Source: an uncultured Pseudomonadota bacterium
Lineage (GTDB): Bacteria; Pseudomonadota; Alphaproteobacteria; Rhodobacterales; Rhodobacteraceae
Length of the DNA stretch: 64,000 bases
Assembly: GCA_963837565.1 (NCBI GenBank)
Contig: CAWIOC010000010.1
Span: 6,005 to 70,004 of the forward strand
Direction: 5' to 3'
Position 1 is the stretch's first letter, and each line of letters opens with the position of its first letter. Of the stretch, positions 44,597-55,511 are shown piece after piece. Below the pieces are notes generated by a model that had not been told where the DNA came from, did no database searches, and saw nothing but the letters and a program-made list of their open reading frames with translations. The position numbers and the translations under genes were made by a program.

Positions 44597-44885
44597 CCTG
44601 TCATCCCCGCGAAAGCGGGGACCTCCCCCCACCCACTCCACGCCCCCAAACGTCCAACAAAGGCCAGCGCCCGGCTGGGGGCGGGTGCTGCAACGACTGG
44701 CCGGCACGCTATTTGGAGCCAAACCCCCCGCTCAACCGTCGCGCTGACCCCACCAAAGCACCCGTCCGCAGGGCCGGACCGGCGCTGCCCGGGCCGCTGG
44801 CGCGACCGTATCGGGCCGGGTGGGACACCCAGCCGGGAAAAGCGCGTTGCCTGTCATCCCCGCGAAAGCGGGGATCTCCCCCCAC
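44597..44885. repeat. Two REP-like palindromes (44597-44631, 44850-44885) in direct orientation
   Basis: CCTGTCATCCCCGCGAAAGCGGGGAYCTCCCCC twice between convergent genes. Confidence 0.88.
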
Positions 44886-44915
44886 CTTCGCAACGCCACC
44901 CGCGCAGCGCCCCTC

Positions 44916-47900
44916 TCACATCACATCCCAGACCTTCGGCACCGCCGCAGCCGGCACCTCCGCCGTCGCCTTCGGCGTCTTGCCCCTGCCGCGCAGCCAG
45001 CCGAACCAGCGCCGCTTCGGGCGCTCCCCGTCCCGCGTCACCAGCATCAGCGCCGAGGGCGTGACGATCAGCGTCAGCACCGTGGCAAAGGCCAGCCCGA
45101 ACACGATCGCCGAGGACAAGGATATCCACCACTGCGTCGAGGGCGCGCCCAGGGTCGCCTCATGGCTCAAGAGCTCAAGGTTCAGCCCGAAGGCGATCGG
45201 CAGGACCCCGAGGATCGCCGTCATCGCGGTCAGCACCACCGGCCGCGCCCGCTCGTGGCAGGTCTCGAGGATGGCATCCACCTTGCCCATCCCCTCGGCC
45301 CGCAACGTGTCGAAGGTATCGATCAGCACGATGTTGTTGTTCACCACCACGCCCGCCAGCGCGATGATCCCGATCCCGGTCATCACCACGCCGAACGGCT
45401 GGCCCATGATCAGCAGCCCCAGGAACACCCCGATCGTCGACATCACCACCGCCGAGAGCACGAGGCCAACCGAGATGAACCGGTTGAACTGCGCCAGCAG
45501 CACCCCGAAGATCAGGAACATCGCAGCGCCAAAGGCCTTGCCGAGAAACGCCATCGCATCCTTCTGGTCCTGATCCGAGCCGCCGAGCTTCCAGTGGATG
45601 CCCTTCGCCTCGAGCCCGGCCTGCGCCATCTGCGCGCTGACCTCGGCCTGCACCGTGGCGACCTGCACCCCGGCCTTGACGTTGGCCTGCACCGTCACCG
45701 TGCGCACCCCGTCGATCCGGGTCAGCGTGCCGGTGGTCTGTGCCGCCGCCCGCGTCACGAAATTCGACAGCGGCACCGATCCATAGGCGGTCGAGACCCC
45801 AAGCTGATCCAGCTCCGAGATCGTGCGATAGGCCTTGGGCAGCCGCAGCCGGATATCGACCGCATCATCCGCCCCCGGCGGGCGATAATCCGTCAGCTTC
45901 AATCCGCTGGTCACCAGCTGCACCATCGCGCCCACCGTGGCCGGCGACACCCCGGCCCGCGCCGCCGCGGCCCGGTCCACGTTCAGCTCCCAGTCGACCC
46001 CGGGCGGCGGCAACCCGTCCGAGATATCGACGATATCCGGATTCTCGCGCAGCTTGGCCGCCACCTGCTTGGCCACCTCGTTCAGCCCGGCCGGATCGAT
46101 CGCCGACAGCTGCACCTGGATCGGCTTGCCGGTCGGCGGCCCCGCCGCCGGCACCGAAACCTCGATCGACACCCCCGGCAGGCCCACCATGGTCTTGCGC
46201 AGATCGGTCAGGATCTGGTTCGCGTTCTGCCGCTTGCGCCAGTCGACGAATTCATACTGGATCACCCCGATCACATCGGGATCGACCTGCCCGTCGCTGC
46301 TGCCGCCCACCGTCTTGCCGCTGCGGGTATAGACCGTCTTGATCCCGGGATAGCCGAGGATCCGGTTCTCGGCCTGCCGCACCAGCGCATCCTGCTCGTC
46401 GATCGACAGGTTGCCGCGGGCATGGACATAGAGCAGCCCGTAATCCGGCTCGACATTGGGGAAGAACTCCAGCCCCTTGCCAAACTTGCCATAGGCCACC
46501 GGCACCGCCACCAGCGCCGCACAGGTCAGCAGCACCACCGTCCAGGGATGCCGGATCGCGCGGCCCACCAGCCACATGTAGGCGCCGCGCTTGGCGCGGC
46601 TTTCCTCACTCGCCGGCATCGGCTTGGCGATCAGCGCCCCCAGCGTCGGCGCGAAGATCAGCGCGTAAAGCATCGAGGCCGACAGCGTCGCGATCAGCGT
46701 GATCGGCATGTACATCATGAAAGAGCCGACAATGCCGGGCCAGAACAGCAGGGGCGAGAACGCCGCCACCCGGGTCAGCGTCGCCGCGATCACCGGCCCG
46801 GACATGCGATGGCTCGCCATCGCGAAGGCCTCGCGCTTGCCCATCCCTTCCGACATCCGCCGCTCGGCGAACTCGGTCACGATGATCGCGTCATCGACCA
46901 GCATCCCCACGGCAAGGATCAGGCTGAACAGCACCACGATGTTCACCGTCAGCCCGGCCAGCGACAGCCCCAGCATGCCGATCAGGAAGGACGCCGGAAT
47001 CGCGAGACCGATCAGGATCGAGGCCCGCCCCGACAGCGCGAACAGGATCACCACGAAGACCAGAATCACCGCGGTCAGAACCGAGTTCTGCAGATCGCTC
47101 AGCAATTGCCGGATATTGGTCGACTTGTCCTGGCTGAAGGTCACCTGCGTGCCCGCCGGCATCAGCTTCTGCGCCTGCAGCGTCAGCGCCTTCACCGCAT
47201 CCACCGTCTCGATCAGGTTCGAGCCGAGCCGTTTTGACACCTCGATCGCCACCGCCGGCTTGCCGTTCAGCCGGGTGATCGTCGTCGCATCCTTCTGCGT
47301 CGCGCGGATATCGGCCAGCTGCCCGGCCCGCACCACGGCGGTTCCGCTCGAGACGATGGGCAGGTTCGCCACATCCTCGGGCGTCTCGATCAGCGCCGGC
47401 ACCTTGATCGCATAGCGCCCCTGCGCGCCCTCCATCGCCCCCGCGGCAACCAGCTGGTTGCTCGCCTGCATCCCGGCGATCAGCTGATCCGGGCGCAGGC
47501 CATAGGCGCTCAGCTTGGCCGGATCGACCACCACATCGACCACATCATCGCGCACGCCCTGCAGCTTGGCTTCCAGCACGCCGTTCACATCGGCGATCGC
47601 ATCGCGCAATTCCCGCGCGGTCTTGGTCAGCACCCGTTCCGGCACATCGCCCGACAGCGTCACCACCAGCACCGGAAATTCCGAGATATTCACCTCGGTC
47701 ACCGAAGGATCGGAGGTCATGCCGGTCGGCAGATCCGGCTTGGCGTCAGAGACCTTGGAGCGCACATCCTCCAGCGCCTTGCGCAGATCGGTGCCGGCCT
47801 GAAACTCGATCAGCACCGCGCCGCCGCCCTCATAGGCGGTCGAGGTCAGCTTCTTCAGCCCGGCGATGGTCTTCAGCTGCGTCTCCATCGGGCGCAGCAA

Positions 47901-48086
47901 CAGCCGCTCGCTGTCTTCCGGAGAGATCCCGGTATAGACCATGTTGACATACATGATCGGGATCGGAATATCCGGCTCCGCCTCCTTCGGGATGCTGATA
48001 TAGGCCATCACCCCGGCCAGCATCAGAAACAGCAGGACCGAGATCGTCAGCCGCGCATTGCGGATCGCAAGCTCGACCAGCTTCAT
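44916..48086 (-). CDS. RND efflux permease (AcrB-like), intact
   Basis: 1056 aa; GMLVDDAIIVTE, GVVVNNNIVLID, RARPVVLT. Confidence 0.95.
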   Translation of the reverse strand: MKLVELAIRNARLTISVLLFLMLAGVMAYISIPKEAEPDIPIPIMYVNMVYTGISPEDSERLLLRPMETQLKTIAGLKKLTSTAYEGGGAVLIEFQAGTDLRKALEDVRSKVSDAKPDLPTGMTSDPSVTEVNISEFPVLVVTLSGDVPERVLTKTARELRDAIADVNGVLEAKLQGVRDDVVDVVVDPAKLSAYGLRPDQLIAGMQASNQLVAAGAMEGAQGRYAIKVPALIETPEDVANLPIVSSGTAVVRAGQLADIRATQKDATTITRLNGKPAVAIEVSKRLGSNLIETVDAVKALTLQAQKLMPAGTQVTFSQDKSTNIRQLLSDLQNSVLTAVILVFVVILFALSGRASILIGLAIPASFLIGMLGLSLAGLTVNIVVLFSLILAVGMLVDDAIIVTEFAERRMSEGMGKREAFAMASHRMSGPVIAATLTRVAAFSPLLFWPGIVGSFMMYMPITLIATLSASMLYALIFAPTLGALIAKPMPASEESRAKRGAYMWLVGRAIRHPWTVVLLTCAALVAVPVAYGKFGKGLEFFPNVEPDYGLLYVHARGNLSIDEQDALVRQAENRILGYPGIKTVYTRSGKTVGGSSDGQVDPDVIGVIQYEFVDWRKRQNANQILTDLRKTMVGLPGVSIEVSVPAAGPPTGKPIQVQLSAIDPAGLNEVAKQVAAKLRENPDIVDISDGLPPPGVDWELNVDRAAAARAGVSPATVGAMVQLVTSGLKLTDYRPPGADDAVDIRLRLPKAYRTISELDQLGVSTAYGSVPLSNFVTRAAAQTTGTLTRIDGVRTVTVQANVKAGVQVATVQAEVSAQMAQAGLEAKGIHWKLGGSDQDQKDAMAFLGKAFGAAMFLIFGVLLAQFNRFISVGLVLSAVVMSTIGVFLGLLIMGQPFGVVMTGIGIIALAGVVVNNNIVLIDTFDTLRAEGMGKVDAILETCHERARPVVLTAMTAILGVLPIAFGLNLELLSHEATLGAPSTQWWISLSSAIVFGLAFATVLTLIVTPSALMLVTRDGERPKRRWFGWLRGRGKTPKATAEVPAAAVPKVWDVM

Positions 48087-49270
48087 GGTTTGACGCCTGC
48101 AAAGCCGGGCGGCGGGTCCTTCACATCGACGGTCTGCCCGTCGCCGACCAGATCCTGCCCGGCGACGATGATCCGCACGCCCTCGGGCACGCCCGCCAGG
48201 ATCAGCCCCTCGGGCCGGTCACCGACCAGCGTCACCTTGGCGAAATGCGTCACGTTCTGCGCATCCACCGTGCGCAACCCGATCTCGCCGGCCTCGTTCA
48301 GCGTGATCACCGAACGCGGCACGATGATCGACCGCACCGGCGGCGCCGACAGCACGATCTCGGCGGTCATCCCGGCCGGGATCGCGGCATCCGGGTTGTC
48401 CAGCGCCACTTCCAGCGGATAGGTCCGGGTGATCTTCTCGGCCGAACGCGACAGAAACCGCACCGTGCCCTCGGCCTCGCGGCCATCGACCAGATGCACC
48501 GTCGCCTTGGCGCCCACCGCGATATCGCCCACATCGAGCTCGCCCAGTTCGGCGCGCACCACGATCGGGTCATAGGACATCAGCGCCGCAACCGTGGTGC
48601 CGGTCTGCACCCATTGCCCCGGCTCGACCGGAACCTGATCGATCACCCCGGCAAAGGGCGCGCGCAACACCAGCTTGTCCAGTTCGGCCTGCGCCTGGCT
48701 GACCATCGCCTCGGCCGCCGCCTTGGCCGATTTCGCCGCCACCAGCGGCAGGTCGGCCATGTTCCCGCTATCCGCCAGCTTCTGGTCCGCGTCGAGCTCG
48801 CGCGCGCGCTGATCGAGCGACATCTTGGCATTGGCCAGCGCCGCCTGCAGCTCCGGCCCTTCAAGCCGCATCAGCACATCGCCCTCGGCGACGCGCTGGC
48901 CCTTGGTCACGTCGAGCTCGGCGATGATCCCGTTGGCCCGCGCCGCCAGCAACACGCTCTTGTCGGCCTGGGTCTCGCCCGAAAGGCGGATCTGGCGCGA
49001 ATGGTCGGCAAAGACCGGGGTGATCGCCGCAACCGTCTGATGCACCACCGCAGGCGCCGCATCGCCGCTCGCATCGCCGCTCGCCTCGCCGCTCGTTTCG
49101 GTCGCCGCCTGCCCGGCCTCGGGCGCCGTCTGCGCAGCCTCATCCGCCGGCTGCGCCGCCTGCACCTGATCACTTCCGACCGAGGACATCTTGCCGGTCA
49201 GAACCCATGCCGAAGCAGCAACCAAGACGACGATTGCCGCAAGGCGGTGGAATGGCATTCGCAATTTCAT
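48083..49270 (-). CDS. RND periplasmic adaptor
   Basis: N-terminal anchor, lipoyl-like motifs, RAPFAG, TRTY.LE. Confidence 0.92.
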   Translation of the reverse strand: MKLRMPFHRLAAIVVLVAASAWVLTGKMSSVGSDQVQAAQPADEAAQTAPEAGQAATETSGEASGDASGDAAPAVVHQTVAAITPVFADHSRQIRLSGETQADKSVLLAARANGIIAELDVTKGQRVAEGDVLMRLEGPELQAALANAKMSLDQRARELDADQKLADSGNMADLPLVAAKSAKAAAEAMVSQAQAELDKLVLRAPFAGVIDQVPVEPGQWVQTGTTVAALMSYDPIVVRAELGELDVGDIAVGAKATVHLVDGREAEGTVRFLSRSAEKITRTYPLEVALDNPDAAIPAGMTAEIVLSAPPVRSIIVPRSVITLNEAGEIGLRTVDAQNVTHFAKVTLVGDRPEGLILAGVPEGVRIIVAGQDLVGDGQTVDVKDPPPGFAGVKP

Positions 49271-49493
49271 CTGTTCACCCACTCGTTATCGCTCACAGCC
49301 CCGGCGTTACATGGGGTCGCGTTCGTCCCGCTGACAGGGGCGCTTGCGCAGGACCTCCCCCTGCCAGCGCCAGAGAGCCTACAACTACCCTCGGAATAGA
49401 GCAATTTCAGCATTATCGGGCAAGAACCCACCGATTGCGCCCCGCCGATGCGGCAAAGCCACGCCGATGGCCCGGCTGATCCTGCCCTGCCGG

Positions 49494-51386
49494 TCAGCCC
49501 CAGTCCCAGGGTCGGGTGAAACTGCCCAGCGCTTCCTGCACCTTGTCATCGGGCACAGCCCCCCGCGGCGCGATCCGCGCCACCAGCCCGCGGGTCTTGT
49601 CCTCGACCACCTCGGACACCGCCACCGGCAGCGCCGCCGCCGTCAGCGCCCGGTCATAGACCCGCGCGATCGCCCGGCGCCGCAGGTCGGGCTTGAACAC
49701 CTTGCCAACCGCCGTCTTCGGCAGTTCATCGAGGATTTCCAGGTGCTTTGGCACCGCCGCCCGCTCGCTGATATGGGTCCGGGCATAATGCATCAGCTCC
49801 TCCACCGTCACGCTCGATCCGCGCACCAGCTCGACATAGGCACAGGGCAGCTCGCCCGCCGCCGCATCGGGCTGGCCGACCGCGCCGACAAAGGCCACCG
49901 CGGCATGGCCCGCCAGCGCCTCCTCGATCTCGGCCGGGTCGATGTTATGGCCGCCACGGATGATCAGATCCTTGGCGCGCCCGGTGATGAACAGATAGCC
50001 ATCGCTGTCCAGCCGCCCCAGATCGCCGGTCCGCAGATAGCGCCCCTCGGCATAAAGCCCCGCGTTCTTCTCATGCTCGGTATAGGTGCCGCCCGGGATC
50101 ACCCCGGGGTTATAGACACAGATCTCGCCGATCTCGCCCACCGCGCAGCGCTTCACCACCGCCCCGGTCGCATCGCAGTGCAATATCCGCACCTCGGTAT
50201 AGGGAAACGGCACGCCCACCGAGCCGATCTTCTTCGCCCCCGTCACCGGGTTGATCGAGACCAGACAGGTGCATTCCGTCAGCCCATAGCCCTCGACGAT
50301 GGTCACCCCGGTCGCCTGCTCGAAGCGACGGTACAGCTCGACCGGCAGCGGCGCCGATCCCGACAGCGCCAGCTTCAGGCTGGACACATCGGCATTCACC
50401 GGGCGCTGCATCAGCGCCGAAAGGGCGGTCGGCACGGTGATCATGAAACTGGCGCGCCAGCGCTCGATCAGACCCCAGAAATTGTCGAAGACGCCCTCGC
50501 CGCGATAGCCCGCCGGGGTCGGAAACACGACATGCGCGCCCGAGGCGATCACCGTCATCATCACCGGATAGGCGGCAAAGACATGGAACAGCGGCAAGGG
50601 GCACATCAGCACGTCCACTTCCGTGAACAGAAACTCGCCCCCGAGCCAGCCGTTATAGACCATCCCGGAAACCCGGTGCTGCGCCACCTTGGGCATCCCG
50701 GTGGTGCCGCCGGTGTGGAAATAGGCCGCCACCCGATCCTCGGGCGGGTCTTCAAAGGTCAGGGCATCGGCCCGCTCCGCCGCCCGCGCCCGGTTGAAAT
50801 CGAGCACCCGCGCGCGATGTGTCACCGGGTTCTTCGGCCGGATCAGCGGCACGATCCAGCTTTTCGGCGGCCCGAGATAGCGCAGCAGATCGACCTCGAG
50901 CACCGTGGTCACCCCCGGCGCCTGCGCCAGCGCGGCGGCCACCTTCTGCGCGATGTCGGTCTTCGGGAAGGCGCGCAGGGTCACCACCACCTTGGCCCCG
51001 GTCTCGCGCAGGATCGAGGCGATCTGCCCCGGCTCCATCAACGGGTTGATCGGGTTCACGATCCCCGCCACCATGCCCCCGAGCAGGCAGACCGCGGTCT
51101 CGGTGCAGTTCGGCAGGATATAGGCCACCACATCGGTCGGCCCCACGCCCAGCCGGCGCAACAGGTTCGCGGTCTGCGTCACCTGCCCCAGCAGCGCGGT
51201 CCACGTCAGCGTCTCGGCGGCATCCTTCGGGCCCGAGGTCAGCTGGAACGACAGCGCGGGCCGCGCGCCATGCCGCGCCGCGGTGCGGGCCACGAACTGG
51301 TACATCGTCGCAGGCTCGCCGCGCGCCTCCCAGGACATCTCTGCCTCAAAGGCCCGCGCCTGCGCGGATGACTCGAATTCTGCCAC
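49494..51386 (-). CDS. Acyl-CoA synthetase (AMP-binding)
   Basis: FHTGGTTGMPK, EGYGLTE, TGDLG, GRAKDLIIRGG, PKTAVGK; GAGGAGG RBS then GTG at 51386. Confidence 0.93.
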   Translation of the reverse strand: MAEFESSAQARAFEAEMSWEARGEPATMYQFVARTAARHGARPALSFQLTSGPKDAAETLTWTALLGQVTQTANLLRRLGVGPTDVVAYILPNCTETAVCLLGGMVAGIVNPINPLMEPGQIASILRETGAKVVVTLRAFPKTDIAQKVAAALAQAPGVTTVLEVDLLRYLGPPKSWIVPLIRPKNPVTHRARVLDFNRARAAERADALTFEDPPEDRVAAYFHTGGTTGMPKVAQHRVSGMVYNGWLGGEFLFTEVDVLMCPLPLFHVFAAYPVMMTVIASGAHVVFPTPAGYRGEGVFDNFWGLIERWRASFMITVPTALSALMQRPVNADVSSLKLALSGSAPLPVELYRRFEQATGVTIVEGYGLTECTCLVSINPVTGAKKIGSVGVPFPYTEVRILHCDATGAVVKRCAVGEIGEICVYNPGVIPGGTYTEHEKNAGLYAEGRYLRTGDLGRLDSDGYLFITGRAKDLIIRGGHNIDPAEIEEALAGHAAVAFVGAVGQPDAAAGELPCAYVELVRGSSVTVEELMHYARTHISERAAVPKHLEILDELPKTAVGKVFKPDLRRRAIARVYDRALTAAALPVAVSEVVEDKTRGLVARIAPRGAVPDDKVQEALGSFTRPWDWG

Positions 51387-51488
51387 GATTGTCCTCCTCC
51401 GACCGGTTGCACCGGCCCTCTCCCTGCCCGGAAACCTCGGCGGTTTTGCTGCCCCGCGCAAGCAAAAGCCGCCCGCCGCAACGCAACG

Positions 51489-53279
51489 TCAGCCCGCCGC
51501 GGCGGCCTCGATCGCAGGGACGAACCGCGCGCCGCCGGCGTCGAGCTGCAAGCGCGCGCGCTGCCCGAAGAACCCCACGCGCGCGCCCCGGGCGCCAATC
51601 GCGATCAGCCCGGTGCCTGCGAGAGCGCCGTCGAACAGCGCCTCCAGCTTCAGCTGCTCGGCATCGCCCAGCCCGCCGCCGCTCATGTCGATCACCACCC
51701 AGTCGGGCCGCGCCAGCACGATCCGCGCCAGCGACACCGCCCGCGCCTCGCCGACACTCAACCGCCGCTCCCAGCGATCGACCCGGTCAAGATCCGCCAG
51801 CCAGCCCTGCAGGCCCACGGCCTTCAGCGCCGCCTCCACCGCCGCGGGCGGATAGGCATCGGCGGGCGCCGGATAGGTCACGCAGCCGCGCAGGCTGCCG
51901 GTCGGCAGATAGGTCCGGAGCGGCACGAAATCGATCTTCCCCGGCGCCGGCATCGCGACCCGCCCGCGACCCCAGAGCCATAGGCCGATCAGCGCGCGAA
52001 ACAGCAGCGTCCCGCTCGCCGCATCGCCGCCCTCGACCACCAGCCTGGTGCCCTTGGCCAGCACCAGCTGCCGCGGCTCCAGCCTGACCGCCCCCGCCGG
52101 CCCGGAAATGCACAGCGTCTCGATCTCCACCCCGCCGCTCTGGTCCAGCTCGCGCGTGATCAGCTGCTCGTTCCGGCCAACCGCATCCATGTGCCGCGCC
52201 GCGCGCCGGAACCCCGACACCCGCATCAGCGTCGCCCGCCAGTCCGCGATGGACGAGAAGTTGTCGATGAACCAGCGCAGCGATTGCTGCACCTGATTGA
52301 AGGCGCCGACCACCATCATCAGTTCGCCAAAGGTCATCTTGCCCGCGAAATAGGCCGGCGCCGAGACCAGGATCGGCGCCACGATGGTGAACCAGCCATA
52401 GCCCGCCGTCACCCAGGTCAGCCGGGTGATCGCGCCCACGATGCGGCGCGACATCGCCAGCACCGCGCCAAAGGGCACCTCCAGCCGCTGCCGCTCGGCG
52501 GCCTCGCCGCCCGCCATCGCGATCGCCTCGATCCCCTCGTTGACCCGCACCAGCTCGAACCGGAAATCCGCCTCGCGGGCATAATGCGTCGCATCCAGCG
52601 CAATCAGCGGCCGCCCGACCCACCAGCTCAGCGCCGAGGCCAGCCCGGCATAGAGCAGCGCGCACCAGACCATGTAGCCCGGCGGCGCAAAGTGAAATCC
52701 GCCGATGTTGATGAACATCCCCGTGCTCAGCGCCCAGAGCACCCCGATGAAGGACACGAGCAGCAGCCCCGACTGCAACAGCCCGATCCCCAGATCGGTG
52801 GTCAGATCCGACAGATGCTGCGCATCCGCCGCCAGCCGCTGATCCGGGTTCGCCCCATACTCACCCGCATAGGACAGCCGGAACGCCCGCAACGGCTTCA
52901 GCCATTCGTCGAGCAGGTCTTCCACCAGCCCGCGCCGCAGCGTCAGCCGCGACATCTGGTTCAGCCAGGTCTGCAGCACGTTCAGCACCAGAAGGACGCC
53001 CGCGATCTCGGCGAAGACGCGCAACTGGACCAGAAAGCCCGCCAGATCCTTCTTGGTCAGCGCATCATAGAAGGGCCGGTTCCAGGCATTCAGCCGGATC
53101 TGGCCATAGGCGGTGGCCAGAATCACCAGCACCAGCGAAACCGCCAGCGCGATCAGCTTGCCACGTTGCCGCGACCGCCAGAACGCGCTGATCATGATCT
53201 CCAGCCGCGTCGCGAAGGGGGGCGAGCCCTCCGGGTCGTTTTCAGGGGTATATTCGCAATCCGGTCCGCTGTCGGTCAT
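51489..53279 (-). CDS. ABCD/YddA-type fused ABC transporter with degenerate NBD
   Basis: LNAWNRPFYDAL, NPDQR, EADFR..LVRV.E; Walker A/B substituted. Confidence 0.85.
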   Translation of the reverse strand: MTDSGPDCEYTPENDPEGSPPFATRLEIMISAFWRSRQRGKLIALAVSLVLVILATAYGQIRLNAWNRPFYDALTKKDLAGFLVQLRVFAEIAGVLLVLNVLQTWLNQMSRLTLRRGLVEDLLDEWLKPLRAFRLSYAGEYGANPDQRLAADAQHLSDLTTDLGIGLLQSGLLLVSFIGVLWALSTGMFINIGGFHFAPPGYMVWCALLYAGLASALSWWVGRPLIALDATHYAREADFRFELVRVNEGIEAIAMAGGEAAERQRLEVPFGAVLAMSRRIVGAITRLTWVTAGYGWFTIVAPILVSAPAYFAGKMTFGELMMVVGAFNQVQQSLRWFIDNFSSIADWRATLMRVSGFRRAARHMDAVGRNEQLITRELDQSGGVEIETLCISGPAGAVRLEPRQLVLAKGTRLVVEGGDAASGTLLFRALIGLWLWGRGRVAMPAPGKIDFVPLRTYLPTGSLRGCVTYPAPADAYPPAAVEAALKAVGLQGWLADLDRVDRWERRLSVGEARAVSLARIVLARPDWVVIDMSGGGLGDAEQLKLEALFDGALAGTGLIAIGARGARVGFFGQRARLQLDAGGARFVPAIEAAAAG

Positions 53280-53359
53280 AGCCCTACTCTCGTATCGCTG
53301 CCGGTTGGGACAAAGATGCGATATGGCAGCGGATTTGCAATGCCCCGATCCGGGCAGGT

Positions 53360-55153
53360 CTATTCGGCGGCCAGCCCATCGGTGAATTGCAGCCGCGCCA
53401 GACGCGCATAAAGCCCGCCCTCGGCGACCAGCCGGTCATGCGTCCCGCTCGCCACGATCTGCCCGTGATCGAACACCAGAATGCGGTCCGCCTTCTTCAC
53501 CGTGGCCAGCCGATGCGCCACGATCAGCGTGGTCCGGGTCGCGCTCAACCGCTCAACCGCGACCTGCACCAGCCGCTCGCTTTCCGCGTCGAGCGCACTC
53601 GTCGCCTCATCCAGCAGCAGGATCGGCGCATCGCGCAGGATCGCCCGCGCGATCGCGATGCGCTGCTTCTGCCCGCCCGACAGCATCACCCCACGCTCGC
53701 CGACCTGGCTGTCATAGCCCTCGGGCAAGGCGCGCAGGAACTCATCCGCCGCCGCCGCCTTCGCCGCCGCCTCGACCTCGGCGTCGCTCGCCTCCGGCCG
53801 GCCAAAGCGGATGTTCTCGCGCGCCGTGGTGCCAAAGATCACCGGATCCTGCGGCACCAGCGCGATCGCGCGGCGGAAATCATCCCGCGCCATCTCGCGC
53901 AGATCGATCCCGTCGATCGTGATCCGCCCGGCCTGCGGGTCATAGAAGCGCTGCAACAGCTGGATGATCGTGGTCTTGCCCGCCCCCGACGGCCCGACCA
54001 GCGCCACCGTCTCGCCCGGTGCCACGGTCAAGCGACACCCCGTCCAGCGCGGAAATCGAGGGCCGCGTCGGGTAATGAAACGTCACCCCTTCAAAGCCGA
54101 CCGCCCCGACCGCCGGCCGCGGCAGGGCCGCGGCTTGGCCGGGTCCGTCACCGCATCCTCGGCATTCAGCAATTCCACCAGCCGCTCGGTCGCCCCGGCC
54201 GCGCGCTGCAACTCGCCGACGATCTCGGACAAGGCGCCCACCGCCCCCGCCACCAGCACCGCATAGATCACGAACTGGATCAGCGAGCCCGAGGTCATCT
54301 CGCCCGCCCGCACATCCCGCGCCCCGATCCAGAGCACGCCGACAATCCCGGTGAACACGAGGAAGATGACGATCATCGTCATCACCGCCCGCGCCCCGAT
54401 CCGCTTGCGCGCCGCCTCAAAGGCGTTTTCGGTCACGCCGCCGAAGGTCGCCCGGTTCTCGGCCTCATGGGTGAAGGCCTGCACCGTCTGCACCGAGGAC
54501 AGGGCCTCGGAGGCATTGCCCGACGAATTGGCGATCCAGTCCTGATTTTCCCGGCTCAGCTTGCGCAGCCGTCGCCCCAGCACGATGATCGGGATCACCA
54601 CCACCGGCACGATCAGCAGCACGAGGCCGGTCAGCTTGGCCGAGGTCAGCAGCATCAGCCCGAGCCCGCCGAGCAGGATCAGCACATTGCGCAGGGCGAC
54701 CGACAGCGACGACCCGATCACCGAGAGGATCAGCGTGGTATCCGTGGTCAGCCGGCTCAAGACCTCGCCGGTCATGATCCGCTCGAAAAACGCCGGGCTC
54801 ATCCCGATCATCCGGTCGAACAGCGCCTTGCGGATATCCGCCACCACCCGCTCGCCGAGCCGGGTCACGAGGTAATAGCGGATCCCCGTCCCGATCGCGA
54901 GCAGCGTGGCGATCACCAGCGCCGCGGCGAAGTATTTGTCCAGCAGCACCGCATCCGAGGTATTGAACCCGTCGATCACCCGACGCACCGCGATCGGCAG
55001 GACAAGCGAGATCGCCGCGGTCAAAACCAGCGCCGCCCCGGCCCCGATCGCCATCCGCCGATAGGGCCGCACAAAGGGCAGAAGCCCCGCCAGTGCCCCG
55101 ATCCGCTTCGATGCCGCGCGACGCTCCAGCGTCACATCCTCGCCTCGTGCCAT
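53360..55153 (-). CDS. MsbA-like fused ABC exporter, frameshifts near 54030-54120
   Basis: [39 protein letters not shown]. Confidence 0.92.
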
Positions 55154-55340
55154 ATGCTGCTTCCGTCTGTTGTCGGGCCTTTTCGTGCCCGTCCCCGGCC
55201 TTACGCCCTGCCCCGGATGGGGGCAAGCTTACCGATTGCCACAGGGCGGAGGGCCAAAGCCTGCTCTGAGACATTCCTCCGCGCGCGTCCTGACCGCAAG
55301 CAGCCACAGCGCCCGGCGCCAGATAACCAAGGGAAGGAGG

Positions 55341-55414
55341 TGGAGCGGGCGGCGGGAATCGAACCCGCGTCTTTAGCTTGGAAGGCTAAGGTCTTACCAT
55401 TACACAACGCCCGC
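55341..55414 (-). tRNA. tRNA-Gly(TCC)
   Basis: GCGGGCG acceptor stem, TTAGC-CTTCCAA-GCTAA anticodon arm, GTTCGATTC, encoded CCA. Confidence 0.97.
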
Positions 55415-55427
55415 GGACCTTCGCGAG

Positions 55428-55456
55428 TTACTATTTCAGATAGCAAATGTGGTCAA
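55428..55456 (-). promoter_or_regulatory. sigma70 promoter of tRNA-Gly, TTGACC-N17-TAGTAA
   Basis: Correct spacing just upstream of the tRNA 5' end. Confidence 0.6.
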
Positions 55457-55511
55457 GTCACGCTCGTAGCACCCGGAGGTGCAGCTTGGGCGAGCCATCC
55501 CTTCCGGCCCG

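Noticed and set aside
44820..47237. Long antisense or alternate-frame ORFs (805 aa here; also 58401-60797, 53387-55528, 3661-5358)
   Set aside because: Shadow ORFs expected opposite high-GC3 genes; Arg/Pro/Ala-rich with no motifs
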